A stretch of 64,000 nt of DNA from Cyanophora paradoxa CCMP329 (GCA_004431415.1 QPMI01000035.1:241352-305351), one strand, 5' to 3'; numbered from the stretch's first letter, positions 27,432 through 41,300 are shown. Notes: generated from the sequence alone by a model not told the origin. Numbers and translations: made by a program.

Positions 27432-28371
27432 CGTACAGGCTGGAGCTCGAGTGACTTGGCACCTACCAGGCCGCCGCTGCAGCTGGGGTAACCCCCACTC
27501 CGCCACACCGCGTATCGGACCGGGCTCGTGCGGCTCGAATCAATCAAATACATGTACACGAACTCTCAACCGTATGGCTAGTTGAAATCAGAAAGCGGAC
27601 GCGAAATCGAAGACCGCCTTCAATATTCGGACAGAAGCATGCAGATCGATGTAGCTTGCAAGAAAGCACGATTAGCATTACATAACCTGCAAGCTGCACG
27701 TAATATGCACGCGCCATCGCGGTACTACGAAAGTGTATACTGCGAGGATACAAATTGAGACGTCGGCTCGAGCTGTACAACATACGTATACGAAGCTTAA
27801 GAACATTCGCGCAGGACTGAGCAGCCTGCAGATCAACTCAGCGAAAGTGGTGGTGGGCGCTCCACCTAAACTAAGAGAGTAGTCCATTGGGGAGCCGTCG
27901 GACCGACTGGCACTGCGTTGAAATCTTAAACCTCGCAACTGATTTCGACGTTATCTACTGCAGTTCTACGTACTATGAAACGTACTGTCACCGTCTGTCT
28001 GTCTCGGGGTACTGCGTAAAGTACGTAAAGTACAACTTGCGTTCATTTAACGGGCGAAAGATTATGAGATTATAAGACTGACACCGAAACAGGCGCCAAC
28101 GCCTGGAGGGCCCAGGGAGGCCGAAAGGCCGATCGAAAAGCTCATTCTGAGAAAGAATCAAAAGCGCAACGAAGAACCGTTCACTCAGGCTAAAGAAATC
28201 GAACCTATCTATCAGATACACAATGTTTATGCAGCTACGATGCCGGAAAAAGATGTCTGTATGTACACGAAGGACTTGCAAAATTATGTAGCAGCGAAAA
28301 AACTCAGCGCATCAGATCTAGAACCCCTCACGGGACTGGGTGCACCGATGACACGCCTTGAAGGCACCAGC

Positions 28372-30021
28372 TCACATTCGAAGCGGGGCGGGCGCCGGGC
28401 CCGAATTCGAAGCCAGAGGGGGACGTGCCCGTGGGAGGGGGCGGAGGGGGGCGAGGGGCCCGCTGCGGGGCTTGGGGGTCGCCGGGGCGAGGGGGCACGC
28501 CGGGTCGTGCTCGATGCCCGCCAGCGCGGCGCTCAGGAGCACTGCCGGCTGCGCCGGCTTGGGGCACGTCGAACAGAAGCCGGCGCCGTGGCAATCAGAT
28601 TCGACCACCGCCCCCGTCTCTCCGCAGAGAAGCGTGGACCACGCGAGGAGGCGAGCCGGCCGCGCCCGCCTCTGGGCCCGCTCGAGCCTCCTGATCTCCC
28701 GAGCCGCCTCAAGCCCGCTCTTGTGCGGCATCTGCGGGGCGGAACGCGGCGCAGCATCAGCGTCAGCGCGGCGGAAGCTTGCGTGCGAAGGCACTCCAGA
28801 TTTGATCTTCCAGATTTGATCTTCGTTCGCACCTCGAGGTCGAGTATGCAGGCGTCGTACGGCTGGCCCCGCTCCGCCGCCTCTTCGAACGCAGTGACGG
28901 CCGCCTGCGTGCGCGCCGGCGCGGGCCGCGGTCAGTCAGTCACTCTCGCTCCAAGAGAGGGTTTGATTCGAAGGGAAAGGGGCCGTTCGGCACCTGTCCG
29001 TCGCTGACGACGTCCACGCGGGCGTGCGGGCAATAGGAGGCGAAGACGCGGGCCCCCAGCATACGGTTCAGGGGGCAGTCGTCTGCTCGAAGCGAAATTC
29101 AAATTCAAATATCAGAGGTCGTCCGCGAGAGGAATTTGAATCTCGAGGGGGGAAGGCTGCCAGGCTGACCGGCGAGGAGGACGTGGATGTGGCAGGCGCA
29201 TCTGAGGTGGGAGGCGCTGGCCGGCGCGGACGCTGCTTTGGAAGGGAGAGCGCAGAAGCGAGCGTGCACGGCTGCGGGAGGCCGGGCCGGGCCGGGTCAG
29301 AGGCCGGCGCAACCGCACGCGGAGCAGGCTCGGATGGGGGACCCGGGCGCACGCGTGTTTGGACGGGCGGGCCCGCGGTGGGCGACGAATCGGACGGGGG
29401 AGGCGGGCCGCGAGCCGCTGACGGGGACCAGGAGGGGCACCCGGGAGAGCCCGGGGAGGGAGCCGCGGCGCGCCGGCTTTCGGAGGGGCGGCAGGGCGGC
29501 GCAGTCGTGCGGGGATCCGGAGTTGGCGTTGACGTTCAAGCCGGGGAGCGGGGAGGCCGTCGGAGAGACCGCGGCGGAAGTGCACGCGGAGGTCCAGTCG
29601 CTGTGGACGGGAGCCCCGAGGCCGCGGTCATGGTCATTATCGTCCAGGCTGACCACCGTCGCGAGCGCCTCCCGCAGGTCGACCCGAAGGCGGGCGATCG
29701 CGTGCTCGTCGTCCGGCCGGCACACGATAGCGGTCTTCGGCAGCGCCGGCAGGTGGCTCACCGCGCAGTCTTTCCCGCCTGCGGGTGCGCGCCGGCGGCA
29801 TCAGACAAATTCAAGTCGGCCGCGGGCGGATGCCCGCGAGTGCTTTCGAGAGCCGCGCGCGAGAGACGCGCACCAACGAGAGAGCCGTAGCGGGAGACGC
29901 AATCGTTCTCCGACTCGACTCTGGTCAGGCCGCGCTCGCTGAACAGAAGCCTCACGAGGCCGACGGCGGTGCTGTAGTAGTTTCCTCTACACATTTCTGC
30001 AGACGCCGAGGGCATGCGCAA
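28372..30021 (-). CDS. Response-regulator receiver (REC) domain protein (multi-exon)
   Basis: Spliced reading HIHVLLA|DDCPLNRMLGARVF...VDVVSDGQ|AAVTAFEE...PYDACILDLE|MPHKSGLEAAREIR...GAGFCSTCPKP contains the acidic DD pair, the phosphoacceptor Asp (LDxxMP) and the KP motif. Confidence 0.85.
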
Positions 30022-31564
30022 CTCCCGCGCGTACGCGCGCGCTCGTGCGCCGCTGCAGCGCCGGTCTCCGTGGGGTCGGAGAAAGCACTACCGGCCGCGG
30101 TTGCCTCGAGACCTTTAGCTTTCGCTTGCGCTGGTCTTACCTGCAGGCTCAGCGGCTGTAGGTCTCTGCGCCTAAGGCTCCTCGGGGCCAAACCGACGCG
30201 TAAAACGCGTATACGTTACGTTCCATAATTTACGTAGTACGTAGTACGTACGCACGCCGGTCCCGTCGCCGGATCATCGAATCGCGGACCCGGATTCGCG
30301 GGCCGCGGCCCGCCGCGGGCCGCGGCCGCGGGCGCCCGCGCCGGGCGCCCGGCGTGCGCATCACCGACTGAGTCATCTGCAGCTGGCAATGCCTGGCCTG
30401 CGCATCATGGGATTCATCCCAATTTCATGGCATGCCCGGCGCCGGCCTGTCCCGGGCTGTCCGACGGTCTATAATAATAATAATAATAATATGACTCGAT
30501 GTCGATGTCAGCATTGTCAGTTCACCGGGTCTGGCCGGCAGTGGCCGCCGTGGCCGGGGTTCGGCGGGGTTCGGCGGGGTTCGGCGGGGGACAGCCCGGA
30601 GTCGACGTCCTCGGACCGTCGGACAGCGCTAAACTGCCGCTAAAGTGGTTAACGTTATAATTACGTGCGTGGAGCTCATGCAAGGATGCGAAGTCGAACA
30701 GTCAAAATCTGATCCGAACCGCCCAACGATTCATCTTGCTTGCCCAACGGATCCGTTCGAGTCAGTTGACGGTTCGACATCGTTCTGTGAAGGATGCAGT
30801 AGTTCACCAAACGTGAAGTTGGCACGCGTGCACGTGGCCCAATGAGCGAATTCGAAGGACCGAATTCGAAGCTTGAAGCCTCGGAAGCTTAAGGTGGCGC
30901 CGTGTACTGCTGTGTGCAGTGAACATGCATATGACAGTGATGATGACACTACAACATGTCACAGTGTGCACGTGCCGGCGCCGCCCGGCGGTGCCGCCGC
31001 ACGGCCCGCAGTGTCCCGCACTGCCGCGCGGCGCGCGCGCCCGTGACTCCAAGAAAATTTAAAAGTTCCAACCGTTGAACTTCCAAGAGGCCGATTCGAA
31101 AAAAAGATTTGGCACTGGTTGCAATTGGGGTTGGATGACGTGGTGACGGATCGTTATCTGCACGATCTGACGACGGGACCGTCACCGTGCGTCACATCGC
31201 TTGAAATTTATTAAGCGTTTTTGTAACCGGTCCGCAATGCACTGCTTCGCCGGCGCCGACGCCAATTTGGGGCCAAACCTCCAATTTAGGCTCCAAAACG
31301 ACGAAAACGTTAACAGACTTGAAAGTTGAAAACCTCCAGAAAAGCCGAAAAGGCCCAGCTTCGTCGACGTGAACGGAACGCGTACGGCGCCGGCTGCAGC
31401 CTGCAGGGGCCCCCTACTGGGCCCCTACTCAGTGACTACCGTACTGGGCCCCTAGGCGGCTAGGCCTGGCACAGTGCCAGGCACTGGCCGCACTGCCAGC
31501 TGGGGCCTGGCCCGCCTGCGCCCTCCGGAGTCCGGAGTCCGGACTCCGGACTCCGGACCCCTCT

Positions 31565-31759
31565 CAGTACATAGGTCTGTTTTTCAGGACCTTTTATGAG
31601 GATGGGCCCATGGGCAGCTGTCTTGCTATTCTCTACTTGTTAGTGAGGCAGACTGGTAAACTTCGGTTTTGGGTAGACTCGACTTGTCTACTTTCCGAAG
31701 GGTCCGGTAGATTGATGTGGTAGTGCCGTCAATATACCGTCATTTTTGCAAAAAAAAAA
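31565..31759 (+). mobile_element. Short retroposed insertion (SINE or 5'-truncated LINE 3' end) with poly(A) and an 18-bp target-site duplication
   Basis: cggactccggacccctct occurs at 31547-31564 and 31760-31777, flanking a 195-bp AT-richer insert that ends in A10. Confidence 0.85.
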
Positions 31760-31845
31760 CGGACTCCGGACCCCTCTGGTGGCTATTAATGCGGCACCAA
31801 ATTAATGCGTTTTGAAGCCTTTTGGCTGGGTATGGGGGGGTACAG

Positions 31846-31957
31846 ACCGTAGTTTTCTTAGCGCTTCAATATTAATGCGCCCCCAAATTAATGCGATTTG
31901 CTGGCAAACGCGCATTAAATTGGGGGCGCATTAATATTTTTTTTGAGAGACTACGGT
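31846..31957. mobile_element. Palindromic MITE-like element
   Basis: Ends ACCGTAGT...ACTACGGT; internal perfect 19-bp inverted repeat aatattaatgcgcccccaa / ttgggggcgcattaatatt. A related half-copy lies at ~36149-36192 (gcgcattaatatt...tacggta). Confidence 0.7.
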
Positions 31958-34510
31958 GGGGCGAACCCCCCGTAGGTAGTGATATTAGGGACAACAAAGC
32001 AATCACAAATCAAAGATACAGTAAACTAGCACAAAATACAGAATCAAGAGGGATCACGAGAAGGGACACGATCAGAAGAACGCAAAAGATAAGGAGAACG
32101 AGCACGAGGAGAAGGAGTAGAAGAGCTCAGGGACGTCGACGCAGAAGTACTAGTCACACTAGAACGACGAGGAGCACGGGGACGCAGCGAATAAGAAGAA
32201 CGAGCACGAGGAACTACAGTCGAAGACGAAGATCTAGACGAAGACGACAAGACAGAGCTAACAGCAGAACTAGGAGACGTAGTCGCAGGAGGCAGAGCGA
32301 GAGGTGGCAGAACAGTAGGAGAGGCGAAACGTAGGACACCATTAGAGGGGAGAATCGAAGCTGGCGGAGTGTCTAAACGGAATCGAGGTTGTATAGTTGG
32401 TAAAACAATGGACGGCTGAAGACTAATCTGAGGAACTGGGGACGACACGAGGAAAGGGGCAGAACTCGGATTCAGACTCGGAATCGGCAGTATAAGAGGA
32501 GGGGCGAAACGCAAACCAGTAGTGACAGGGAAGGCAGACGATGGGGCTGAACCAGGCGGGAGAGGCAAAAATAGCGAAGTAGAAGAGAGAGAAGGGTACA
32601 CACGAGGAACGTCACCATACACAGAAAAATAGGCTGGGTCAAAATTTGATGCACGGTTGTAGGAGATGCAACGGCTTGACGGTCTCGCCACGCCTCAAAC
32701 AGCATCTGCCAAAGCGGTGGCAAATGCAATCTTGGTAAGATGGCAGATACATCAAGCCCCAAAATGACATTAGCACAAGCAGGGGGGCAAGCCCCCCCGC
32801 ACCCCCCCATTTACTGATGATCGATATCATGACCGTCGGACATAGCAATACCGAAGCATGTATACGTAGATCTGCAGCTGAACTTCAATCGAGAAACGCG
32901 CAGCGTCGACGTCAGCGCCATATGCATACGCGCGCGTCGCGTCGGCCGCGCCGACTTCGATCTAGACTCTCAGATCTTGAGCTTCGTTACTAAGTTAAGA
33001 TCTTTGGCTAGCTTTAGATCGGAACTGTTACAATTAGCTATTATATACTTCGATTCTTGCTCAGTTTGCCAGAACGACGTCGACGGACCGGACGTTTTCA
33101 GGACAAAAGAATTCGAATAATCTTCCTCGGCTTCGTACGCGTCTTCAGATATAAGGTCGCGGCCGCTGCAGCTGGGCACTTCGAATATTAATTCACGCTC
33201 CGGAGCGGGTGCTCATATGCATAAGCAGCGGCTTCGACAAAATCGAGATCACTGCTTTCCGAAGTTCGCGATCGCAAGCGCTGCGTTGACTTCGAATTCA
33301 CCTGCTGATCATGATCATGATGTGATCTGTCTGCACAAGCATGCGCAGCGGCGCTAGCTACATGCGCAGCAGCACTAGTATGTACGCGGTTGCTAAGCGC
33401 AATTAGCGCAACTGCCGCAGTGCGGCAACGACAGCTGCTGCTGCTGCTCATGATCAGCAGTACTGCACTGCAGCAGTGTGTTTCGGTTACTTTCCGTTAC
33501 TTTTCGCTATCCGCCACTCAAGCTGTCCGTTACTTTCCGGAAACGTCCGTTATAATTATCCGCCGGCACTTTCCGTTACTTACGTAACTTACGTAACGTA
33601 AGTTCCGTTATCTGCCACCTTCCATGCACGCCACTGGCCAGCTTAAACTGCTGGGAAAAACTCGACTCGCTCCACAGCGCGCGGCGCGCGCTACGCGTAC
33701 GTCGCCGACGCGCGCGCACTGTCCGGACTCCGGGAATCCGGATCGATACTACCCGGTAGTGCTGCCAGCCTGGCAGTGCGCGTGCGCTCTGCCAGGCTGG
33801 CGACGTCGACGGTCGACGTCCTCGCCACGTGTCGGTTACACACGTCGACGTCAACCTGAGTGAAGGGAATTCCGGTACCTGGTAATAGGCTGGTACTGGA
33901 GGAATAATTAATTTAGTACAGGAAAATAATTAGTACTTCGCCAAAAATGCCACTTTAGCAGCGCTAGCTGTTTAAAGTTTAGTAGGTCAGTCTTCTCAAC
34001 TTTTTGTATCGCGGAGATGGGACTACCCCTGCGTATACAAATCTCGGCTCTAGCAGGCGGGAAATATTTAGTAGATCGCCCAAAAAAGCTATAAAATAGT
34101 ACTATATAGGTGAGCACTGAGCAGCCTGGCACTGCTGGCACTGCCTGGCAGTCGACGTCCGACGGTCGCGTCTGCAGCTGCCGGCGCTACTACTGCCGCA
34201 CTAGTACTGCGGCCGGGCAGGCTGGCACAGCCTGGCAGCCTGGCAGCCTCTGCCAGCCTGCAGCTGGCATGCAGCAGGCTAAGCCAGCAGCTAGTGGCTG
34301 CGGGCCTGCGGCACCGGGCAGCTGTCGGGGTGAGTCGGGTCTACGGCGACTCTACGCCGATGTCGACAGTGACTCGACACTCGACGTGTTCGCACATGAG
34401 GGTTCATATTGGGTGCGACAAAACGGGGAACTGAATCGAAACTGCAAGCTCAGCCAGCCGTGTTAACCCGATTTTTTTCGCAAGTGTCCGCTTGCGTCTT
34501 AAGTAATAAG

Positions 34511-36073
34511 TTATAACTTAGTATAAGAGAATGGAGCCAACTGACGGTCTATTTGGAATTGAATATATTCCTTCCAAGGAGCTGAACAGGCCGGGTCGTT
34601 AAGGAAGGCAAGCCATTTAGACTTTAAAGCCAGTGAAAACGTAACAATATCTGGGCAATTTAATCCACCGTCTTGAAACGGAAGCGCCGTAACATATGTA
34701 GATACGGAGCCGCGTACACCCGAAAAGTTGCGGATTAAATTACTCCAAGCTTTATAACGATCACCTCCCGGTTCTAAAATATACAGCGGATAATGTAGTG
34801 ATCCCACAATAGCAGCCCACGCAAGTAAAACACCAGAGCGTAGAGGCATCCGATTTCGGTTAACTGACTGTGCGCGCAGAACGAGAGCAGCAGTCTTTTT
34901 ATTCCAAAACCGGTCATGCACGAGCTCCAGAGGGAACCCGAGATATTTGGCGATCTTGGCATCTGCAGAAATCTCAGAAGGATCAATCTTCATACGCTCA
35001 AAAGGACAATCAGGTGGAAGAGATAGATTTGAGTGCATGGGTAGTATATGCGATTTTTCGAGATTGATTTTCGCCCCTGTTAGCCGTTGAAATTTCTTAA
35101 TGAGAGCGTCCCAAATGGGGAATTCCGCAAAGGAGGCAATAAGGGGAACAGTATCATCAGCAAACTGGAGGACCTTGCATATGGACCGCCCAGAAATTCG
35201 CACCCCGCGTATACGGGGTTCAGTATCGATTAACATGATTAATAGATGCGCGCACAAATTATATAGATATGGCGATAGAGGACCACCCTGCCGGACTCCG
35301 CACCGGATAGGAAACCGAGGCGTTGTCCAGCCATTAATATGGATCATCCCCGACAGATCAGAACACAAAAGACGGACCCAGTCAGTAAAGTATGACCCAA
35401 ATCCATATTGATTCAAGGTCCAGAAAAGAAACTCCCAATTCACCCGATCATAGGCTTTGGAGAAATCAAGGAACCCCAAACAAAGTTCCTCGAGATCGGG
35501 ATTATCCCCCTCATAATACATCAATAAATATACGAGCATAAATTGATGCACCGCAGAACGTTTGGTGATAAAACCCGACTGATATTTTGATATTAAGCGG
35601 GGCATAATTGGGGTCAAGCGGTTAGATAATGCCCGCTCGACTGCTCGCTCCTCCACATTCGATAGAGCGATAGGCCGACGGTTAGTGACTAAAGTCGCAT
35701 CCGTACCAGGTTTCGGAATTGGGACAATGAGGATATCTCGTAGCGAGCCAGGGGCCGCCTTCCGATTATGCATAGCCTTAAGGTATTCCATAAAATCTGG
35801 ACCAATGTCGTCCCAGAAAGCACTATAAAATTCAGGTACTAAACCATCAAGTCCAGGGGATTTTCTAAGCCCAGATATATCCTTAAACGATTGCAATAAT
35901 TCATAGGCGGCCAGTGGGGTATCGAGATCCACGGCCTCCCGCGGTATGAGTTTATAAGGCGCATACAGTGACGCACATTCAGCCCGTTCATCACGATGCG
36001 CCGCCACCACACTTTGAGCTTGCTGACCATCGTATAAATCAGCGAAATGAGCTGCCGACAACGTCATAAGCAC
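34511..36073 (-). mobile_element. Non-LTR retrotransposon (L1/Tx1-like) reverse transcriptase, truncated at both ends
   Basis: KSPGLDG..PEFY, IPKPG...RPIALSN, QSGF, FLDFSKAYDRVNW, GVRQGGPLSP, LQFADD. No endonuclease upstream and no C-terminal Zn knuckle. Confidence 0.93.
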
Positions 36074-36350
36074 GAAGGGATTATCAGTAGCATAAGAGGG
36101 ATCCGGGGTGTTGGCCGGCCGGAGTTTACTCTCACATCCGGTCTCCTGCGCGCATTAATATTATGCGCGCACTAATATTCTGTTATACGGTATATCTCGA
36201 TCGCGATCGCGAGCTCGTGGGCCGGCCCGTGTACCCAGCCGCGGGCTTTAGGGTACACACGCACACGCCACGCACGCCAGCTGGCTCAGAGCTGCAGGCT
36301 GACGTCGTCGAGATCCGAGAACGCCCGCTGCGGCGCTGCCTCTTCCGGCT

Positions 36351-38316
36351 ATGGGCTGCTGCGGGAGCGCCTCGGGCCTGCGGGGGGCCAAGCCCCGCCA
36401 TGGCCAGCCGCTGGCCCCGCGGCCCCGCGGCCCGCGCCCCCGACCCGCGCCGGCGAGGCCGAGCTCGAGGCCGACGCGTACGCCGCGCGTGTGGACGAGG
36501 TGATCGTCGCCGCGCACGGGCAGCGCCTCCCGGCGGCCGCGGCGGCCGCGGCAGCGGACTCGGAGCCGGCCCCGCGGCGCCCGCTGGGACCTCGGGGGGC
36601 CGCCGCGGCGCCGGCGGCGCTCGCCTCCGCACAGACGCGGGCGGCCGGGCTGCCCGCTGCAGGCTGCGCTCCTTCGCCGCCGCAGCCCTGGCAGGCCCCG
36701 GCGGCCCCGACGCCTGAAGCGAGCCGGAACGTGTCTTCGGGGGCGGCCGAAGCGGCCGCGGCCTCGCGGGACGGCCGCACCGTCCGAGTCTTCGTAAGGC
36801 TCCTATATATAACCACCCGCCCGCCCGCTGGCGTCGCGAGCGCCGACGACGCCCGCCGCCCCGCCCCCGCCCCGCAGCTCTCCTCTACCTTCAGAGACAT
36901 GGTGCCGATCGCAAGATTCTAGCTAATCTAGCGCCCGAGCGTCCCAGTGACTCGGGGCCCGCGCCGCAGTCCGCTGAGCGCGCGGCGATCTTCCGCTCGG
37001 CTGTACCCCGCCTGCAGCGCGCCCTCGCCCCCCGCGGCCTCTTCCTCGTCGCCGTCGACCTCCGGTTCGAATCCGACTCCGCTCTCCGCGGTACCCCTCT
37101 CCCCCGGTCGAGCGCGTACCCCCCGCAGGTGGGGCATCACCCCCGAGCAGGCCCAGGGGGGCGAGGTGGTCCGCCTCTGCCTCCTCGAGGTGATGCTGTA
37201 CCCCCTCGTTTACCCCTACCCCCTACCCCTACCCCGGCGAGGCGCCCCCGCAGGTCCTCCGCTCGACGCACTTCGTGGCTTTCCTGAAGCGCCGCTATGG
37301 GTACGACCACCCCCCCGATCACCCACGCCTGTACCCCCTCTGACACCTGTACCCCCTCCCAACAGCTGGCACCAGGACCCGAGCGCCCCGGAGGATTCCC
37401 TTCTCGCCCGGTGCCCCGTCACCCCCATTCCCTCCCCTCTTCCCTCCCCCCGCGAACCTGTACCCCGGCAGGTCCCTGCGGCGAGCCGAGGCGGACTTCC
37501 CGTTCGTCGCGCGCTGCCGCGGCCAGTCGGTCACGGAGCTCGAGATCCGATTGGGCGCCCTCCTCCAGCCCGAGGCGCGCCGTACTCCCCGCCTCCCGAG
37601 GCGCACCGCGGCTGTACCCCCTGACCGCAGCGGCGGGGCCGCAGGGGAAGCGGCGGACTTCGCTCGTCTACTTTGCAGGGGACGCGTGGGCCTCAGAGGG
37701 GGAGGGAGGGCCCGCCGAGGCGCGCCCGCCCCCGCCGGCGCCCGCTCGCGCCCCGTTTAGTTTGGTGCCGCCCGACGTACCCCCCGCAGGGCCCTCACGC
37801 GGTGCAGCGCCTGGAGGCCCTCAAGGAGGAGGTACGATCCTCGACTTCCCTACCCCTCCCCCCCCCCCCCCCCCCCCCACGTCACCGATGCGCCCTACCC
37901 CCGCGGCAGGTCCGGCGGGCGGGGCTGGCCGCCCCCCGCCCGGGGTACGCCTCTCCCGACGAGCTCGCCGCGTTCCTCCACGACGACCTCCTCGCCGTAC
38001 CCCCCTCTCTCCCAACTGGATACCTCGCTGTACCCCGCGAATCTCGCTCAGATGATCGACCGGGACTTCCCGCCGGCGGCGCGGCGCTCGTGGCTCGAGG
38101 AGGAGCGCGCCGCCCACGCCGCCTTCGCCGCCGCCCGCCGCCGCCTCTACCTCCCCTCCCCGGGTACGCACCCGCGCTTCGCAGCCCTTTGTGGGGCTCT
38201 GCGTGGTGACGTACCCCCCCCCTCAGGCGCCTTCGCGGATCTCGACGAATACGCCAACGGTTCGGGGCCCGAGCTGCTCCTCCTCTCGGGCCCCAGCGGC
38301 TCCGGAAAGAGCGGTA

Positions 38317-38349
<33 letters not shown>

Positions 38350-41300
38350 CCCGCACCGCCCTTCTCCGAGCCCGGGGGCAGCGCTGCTGGCGAACTGGGC
38401 TGCGGGCTGGCGGGCGCGGCGCCCGGGGGACCTGCTCGTCGAGCACTTCGTGGGGGGTACACCCGCCAGCGCCCGCGTCGCCTCCCTCGCACAGTGCCCT
38501 CCTTGCTCCCCGCCCCCCTCCCGGGTCTTTTCTTCTCAGCCGGCGCAGGCGACTGGTGGAGGAGGTCCGCGCGGCGGGGTACGTATACGCCGCCTCGCCC
38601 CTCGACGTCTCTGTCCCCGAGGCACGTGCACGCCGCCGTACCCCCCTCCAGCTCCCTACCCCCTCCCCTCCGCTCACTCGTTTGCGTAGGGCGAGCTCGT
38701 ACCCCGGGTCTCGGCGTGGCTGGCGGCGGCCGCGGCGGCCCTGCCCCGCGGCGCCCGCCTCGTGCTCATCGTCGATGCCGCGGATCAGGTTCGTCGAACC
38801 GTTGAACTCCTCTAAGCTTAAGCTTCGGAGGCTTCCTTTTGTTTGAAGCTTCCGATGGCAGCTGGTGGACGAGGGGGGTACGGGCGCCGCCCGCCTCGCG
38901 TGGCTCCCGCCGGCCTCCCCGAGCCTCCGCCTGCTCCTCTCCTGCACCGCGGGCTGCCCCGCCCACGAGGCGCCGCCCCGCGCCCTCCTACCTTCGCTCT
39001 CTCGCTGACCCGGTGACCCCTTTTGCAGGTGGCGCTGCGGAGGCCGCACGCGCTGTGCAGGGCGCCGGCGCTGGACGCGGCGGCCCGCGCGGAGCTCATC
39101 CGGTCCGACCTCGCCGCCGCAGGCGCGCCCCGCCTCGCCCTTGCGCGGCTGCAAGCCCGTGGGGTCCGGGCCTGACGCGGGGACGGGGCGTGGCAGGCAA
39201 GGCGCTGGCCCGCAGCTCGCCGCCCGCATCGCCTCTGCGCCGCAGGCCCGCGCCCCCGGCCCGGGCCCCGCCGCCCCGCCGCGTCTCTTCGGGATTCTCA
39301 CTGCGCCGCACAGTGCTCCTCACCCCTCTTCCTGACCGTCCTCCTCGAGGAGCTCAAGGTTCGAGCCCCGCCGGGGCCCCTTCCAGCGGCCCGCCAGCTC
39401 TAAGCCGCGGCGGCGGCGCTGGGGCCGGCAGGCGGGGGCGGTGCACGAGACGCTGGAGGGGCGCCTCGCGGCCGGCCTCGCCTGCCCCGACGCCCCCGCC
39501 CTCTGCGCCGCCGTGGTGCCCACCCTCGTTTTATATGTCGTACCTGTTTTGCCGGTAGATAGATCCTTGACGAGGCGCGGCCGCGTCGTCGCGTCGGCAG
39601 TACGGGCGGTGGGAGGGCCTGTACGGGCGGGAGACGGTGCGGGGCGCCCTCTGCGCGGCGGCGTGCGTGCGGGACGGGATCGCCGAGTCCGAGCTGCGCG
39701 CCTTCCTCGCCGCCGACGTGCGCCCCCGCTTCGGGTTCCATGCCGGGGTCGGCCCGCAGCTGACGCGTGGGATGCTGGGCCAGGACGAGGGCGGGCAGCA
39801 TGGCGCCCCCGCCAAGTGGCTCCCGGGTGCGCGGCCGCCTCCCCCTCCCCCCCACCCCCCCTCTCCCCCCCCTTTTGAGGCTCTGCAGACGTGGACTTTG
39901 AAGGCGGGGGCACCGGGGGTACCTGTGCCTCGGGATCGAAGCCCCCGAGGCGGGCGACGCCGCTGCTGTGGGCCGAGTTCTTTGCCGCCGCCTGCGCCTC
40001 GGCCCTCGTCAGCCGCGGTCCGTCAAAGCATCCCTAACTAAGAAATACAAGTTCTAGACTGTTTGATTCTGATCCTAGCTCTGAATCAACGATAAGCCGA
40101 CGCCCCTGGCTCTCAGACGGCCTGCTCGCGTTCCACCACCGGGCGGCGCGGGAGGCGGCGGAGGCGGCGTACGGGCTGACCGCGGGGGGCCCCGCCCGCC
40201 CCCGCTGGCACGCCGCCCTCGGCGCCTTCTTTGCCGCTGCCGTGCGCGCCCCTATGCACCCTTCCCTCCTCCATCTCCGGAACCTGCCTTCTCCGTTGCT
40301 TAGATATAACCCTCAACTTAAGCTATCCGTATCCTCGAAGCTTATCTTTACGATATCGCGAGCCGCTGAGCGGGGCGGGGCGGGCAGGGCCCCTCGAACC
40401 GGCGGGCGCGGGAGGCGCCCTGGCAGCTCGCGATCGCCCGCGCCGGCGACTCCGACCGCCTCGTCGGTACCCCCCGCCCCTTCTTTCTTCCGCACCACCG
40501 GCGCTGGTGAGCCTCCGCCTCGCCTCGCGCCCTCAGAGGTGCTGGGGGAGGCGGACGTGCTGCGGCGGCTGATGGCCGACCGCCGCTCCTGGAACGACCT
40601 CGTGCGCCCCGCAGGCCCCGCGCCCTCGGGCCGGGGCCTCTGCTTGAGCCCCGGCGGGCCCGGCAGGTGCAGCTCTGGGTGGACTCGGGTCGGCTGCAGG
40701 AGGCGGCCCCCCGCTACCGCGCCGCCCTCGGCCAGGCCCGCCCCTTTCGAAGCGCTCTGTTAGCTATAGCTGCTGCAGACGCGTGCGCTCTCTGACTCGC
40801 CCGCGGCCGCGCAGGGCGCCTCGTGCGTGGATGCGCTGGCGGCGGGGACGCTGCTGCGCCTCGCGGGGCGCCTCAAAGACGCGGAGCCTTTCCTCCGCCG
40901 CGCCCTCGACGCCGCCGTGCGCATGCGCTTTCTTTGAAGTCAGAAACTCTATCTGAGCTCCGCTCGCTCGCTGCCTGAGCCGGGCTCCCCGGCGCGGCCT
41001 GACCCGGCCCCGCTCGCCCCGGCTGCAGCGGGAGGCGGAGGCGGCGGCGGAGGCGGCCGGGGGCCTGGCAAACCTCCTCGCGGACCGCGGCGACTTCGCC
41101 GCCGCCGAGCCCCTCTTCCAGGCGCCCTTTTAAACAAGTTGTTCTAAGGTGAAGAATACTTTGTCTGATCTCTTCAATGCGCGCAGCGGGCGCTGGCGGC
41201 GCAGGAGGCGGCGCTGGGGCCGGACAGCCCCGAAGTCGCCCGCACGCTCCAGGTCCAAATTCCTCGAAATCTGCACAATGAGCGGTCGGGGCCCGAAGCT

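Noticed and set aside
28480-28640. RING/zinc finger suggested by clustered Cys
   Set aside because: These Cys fall within the C-terminal half of the receiver domain (GAGF...CPKP).
31926-36162. gcgcattaatatt as a TSD bracketing a 4.2-kb LINE with a poly(T) end
   Set aside because: Both copies and the T-run are better explained as parts of a MITE family (31846-31957 and a half-copy at ~36150-36192).
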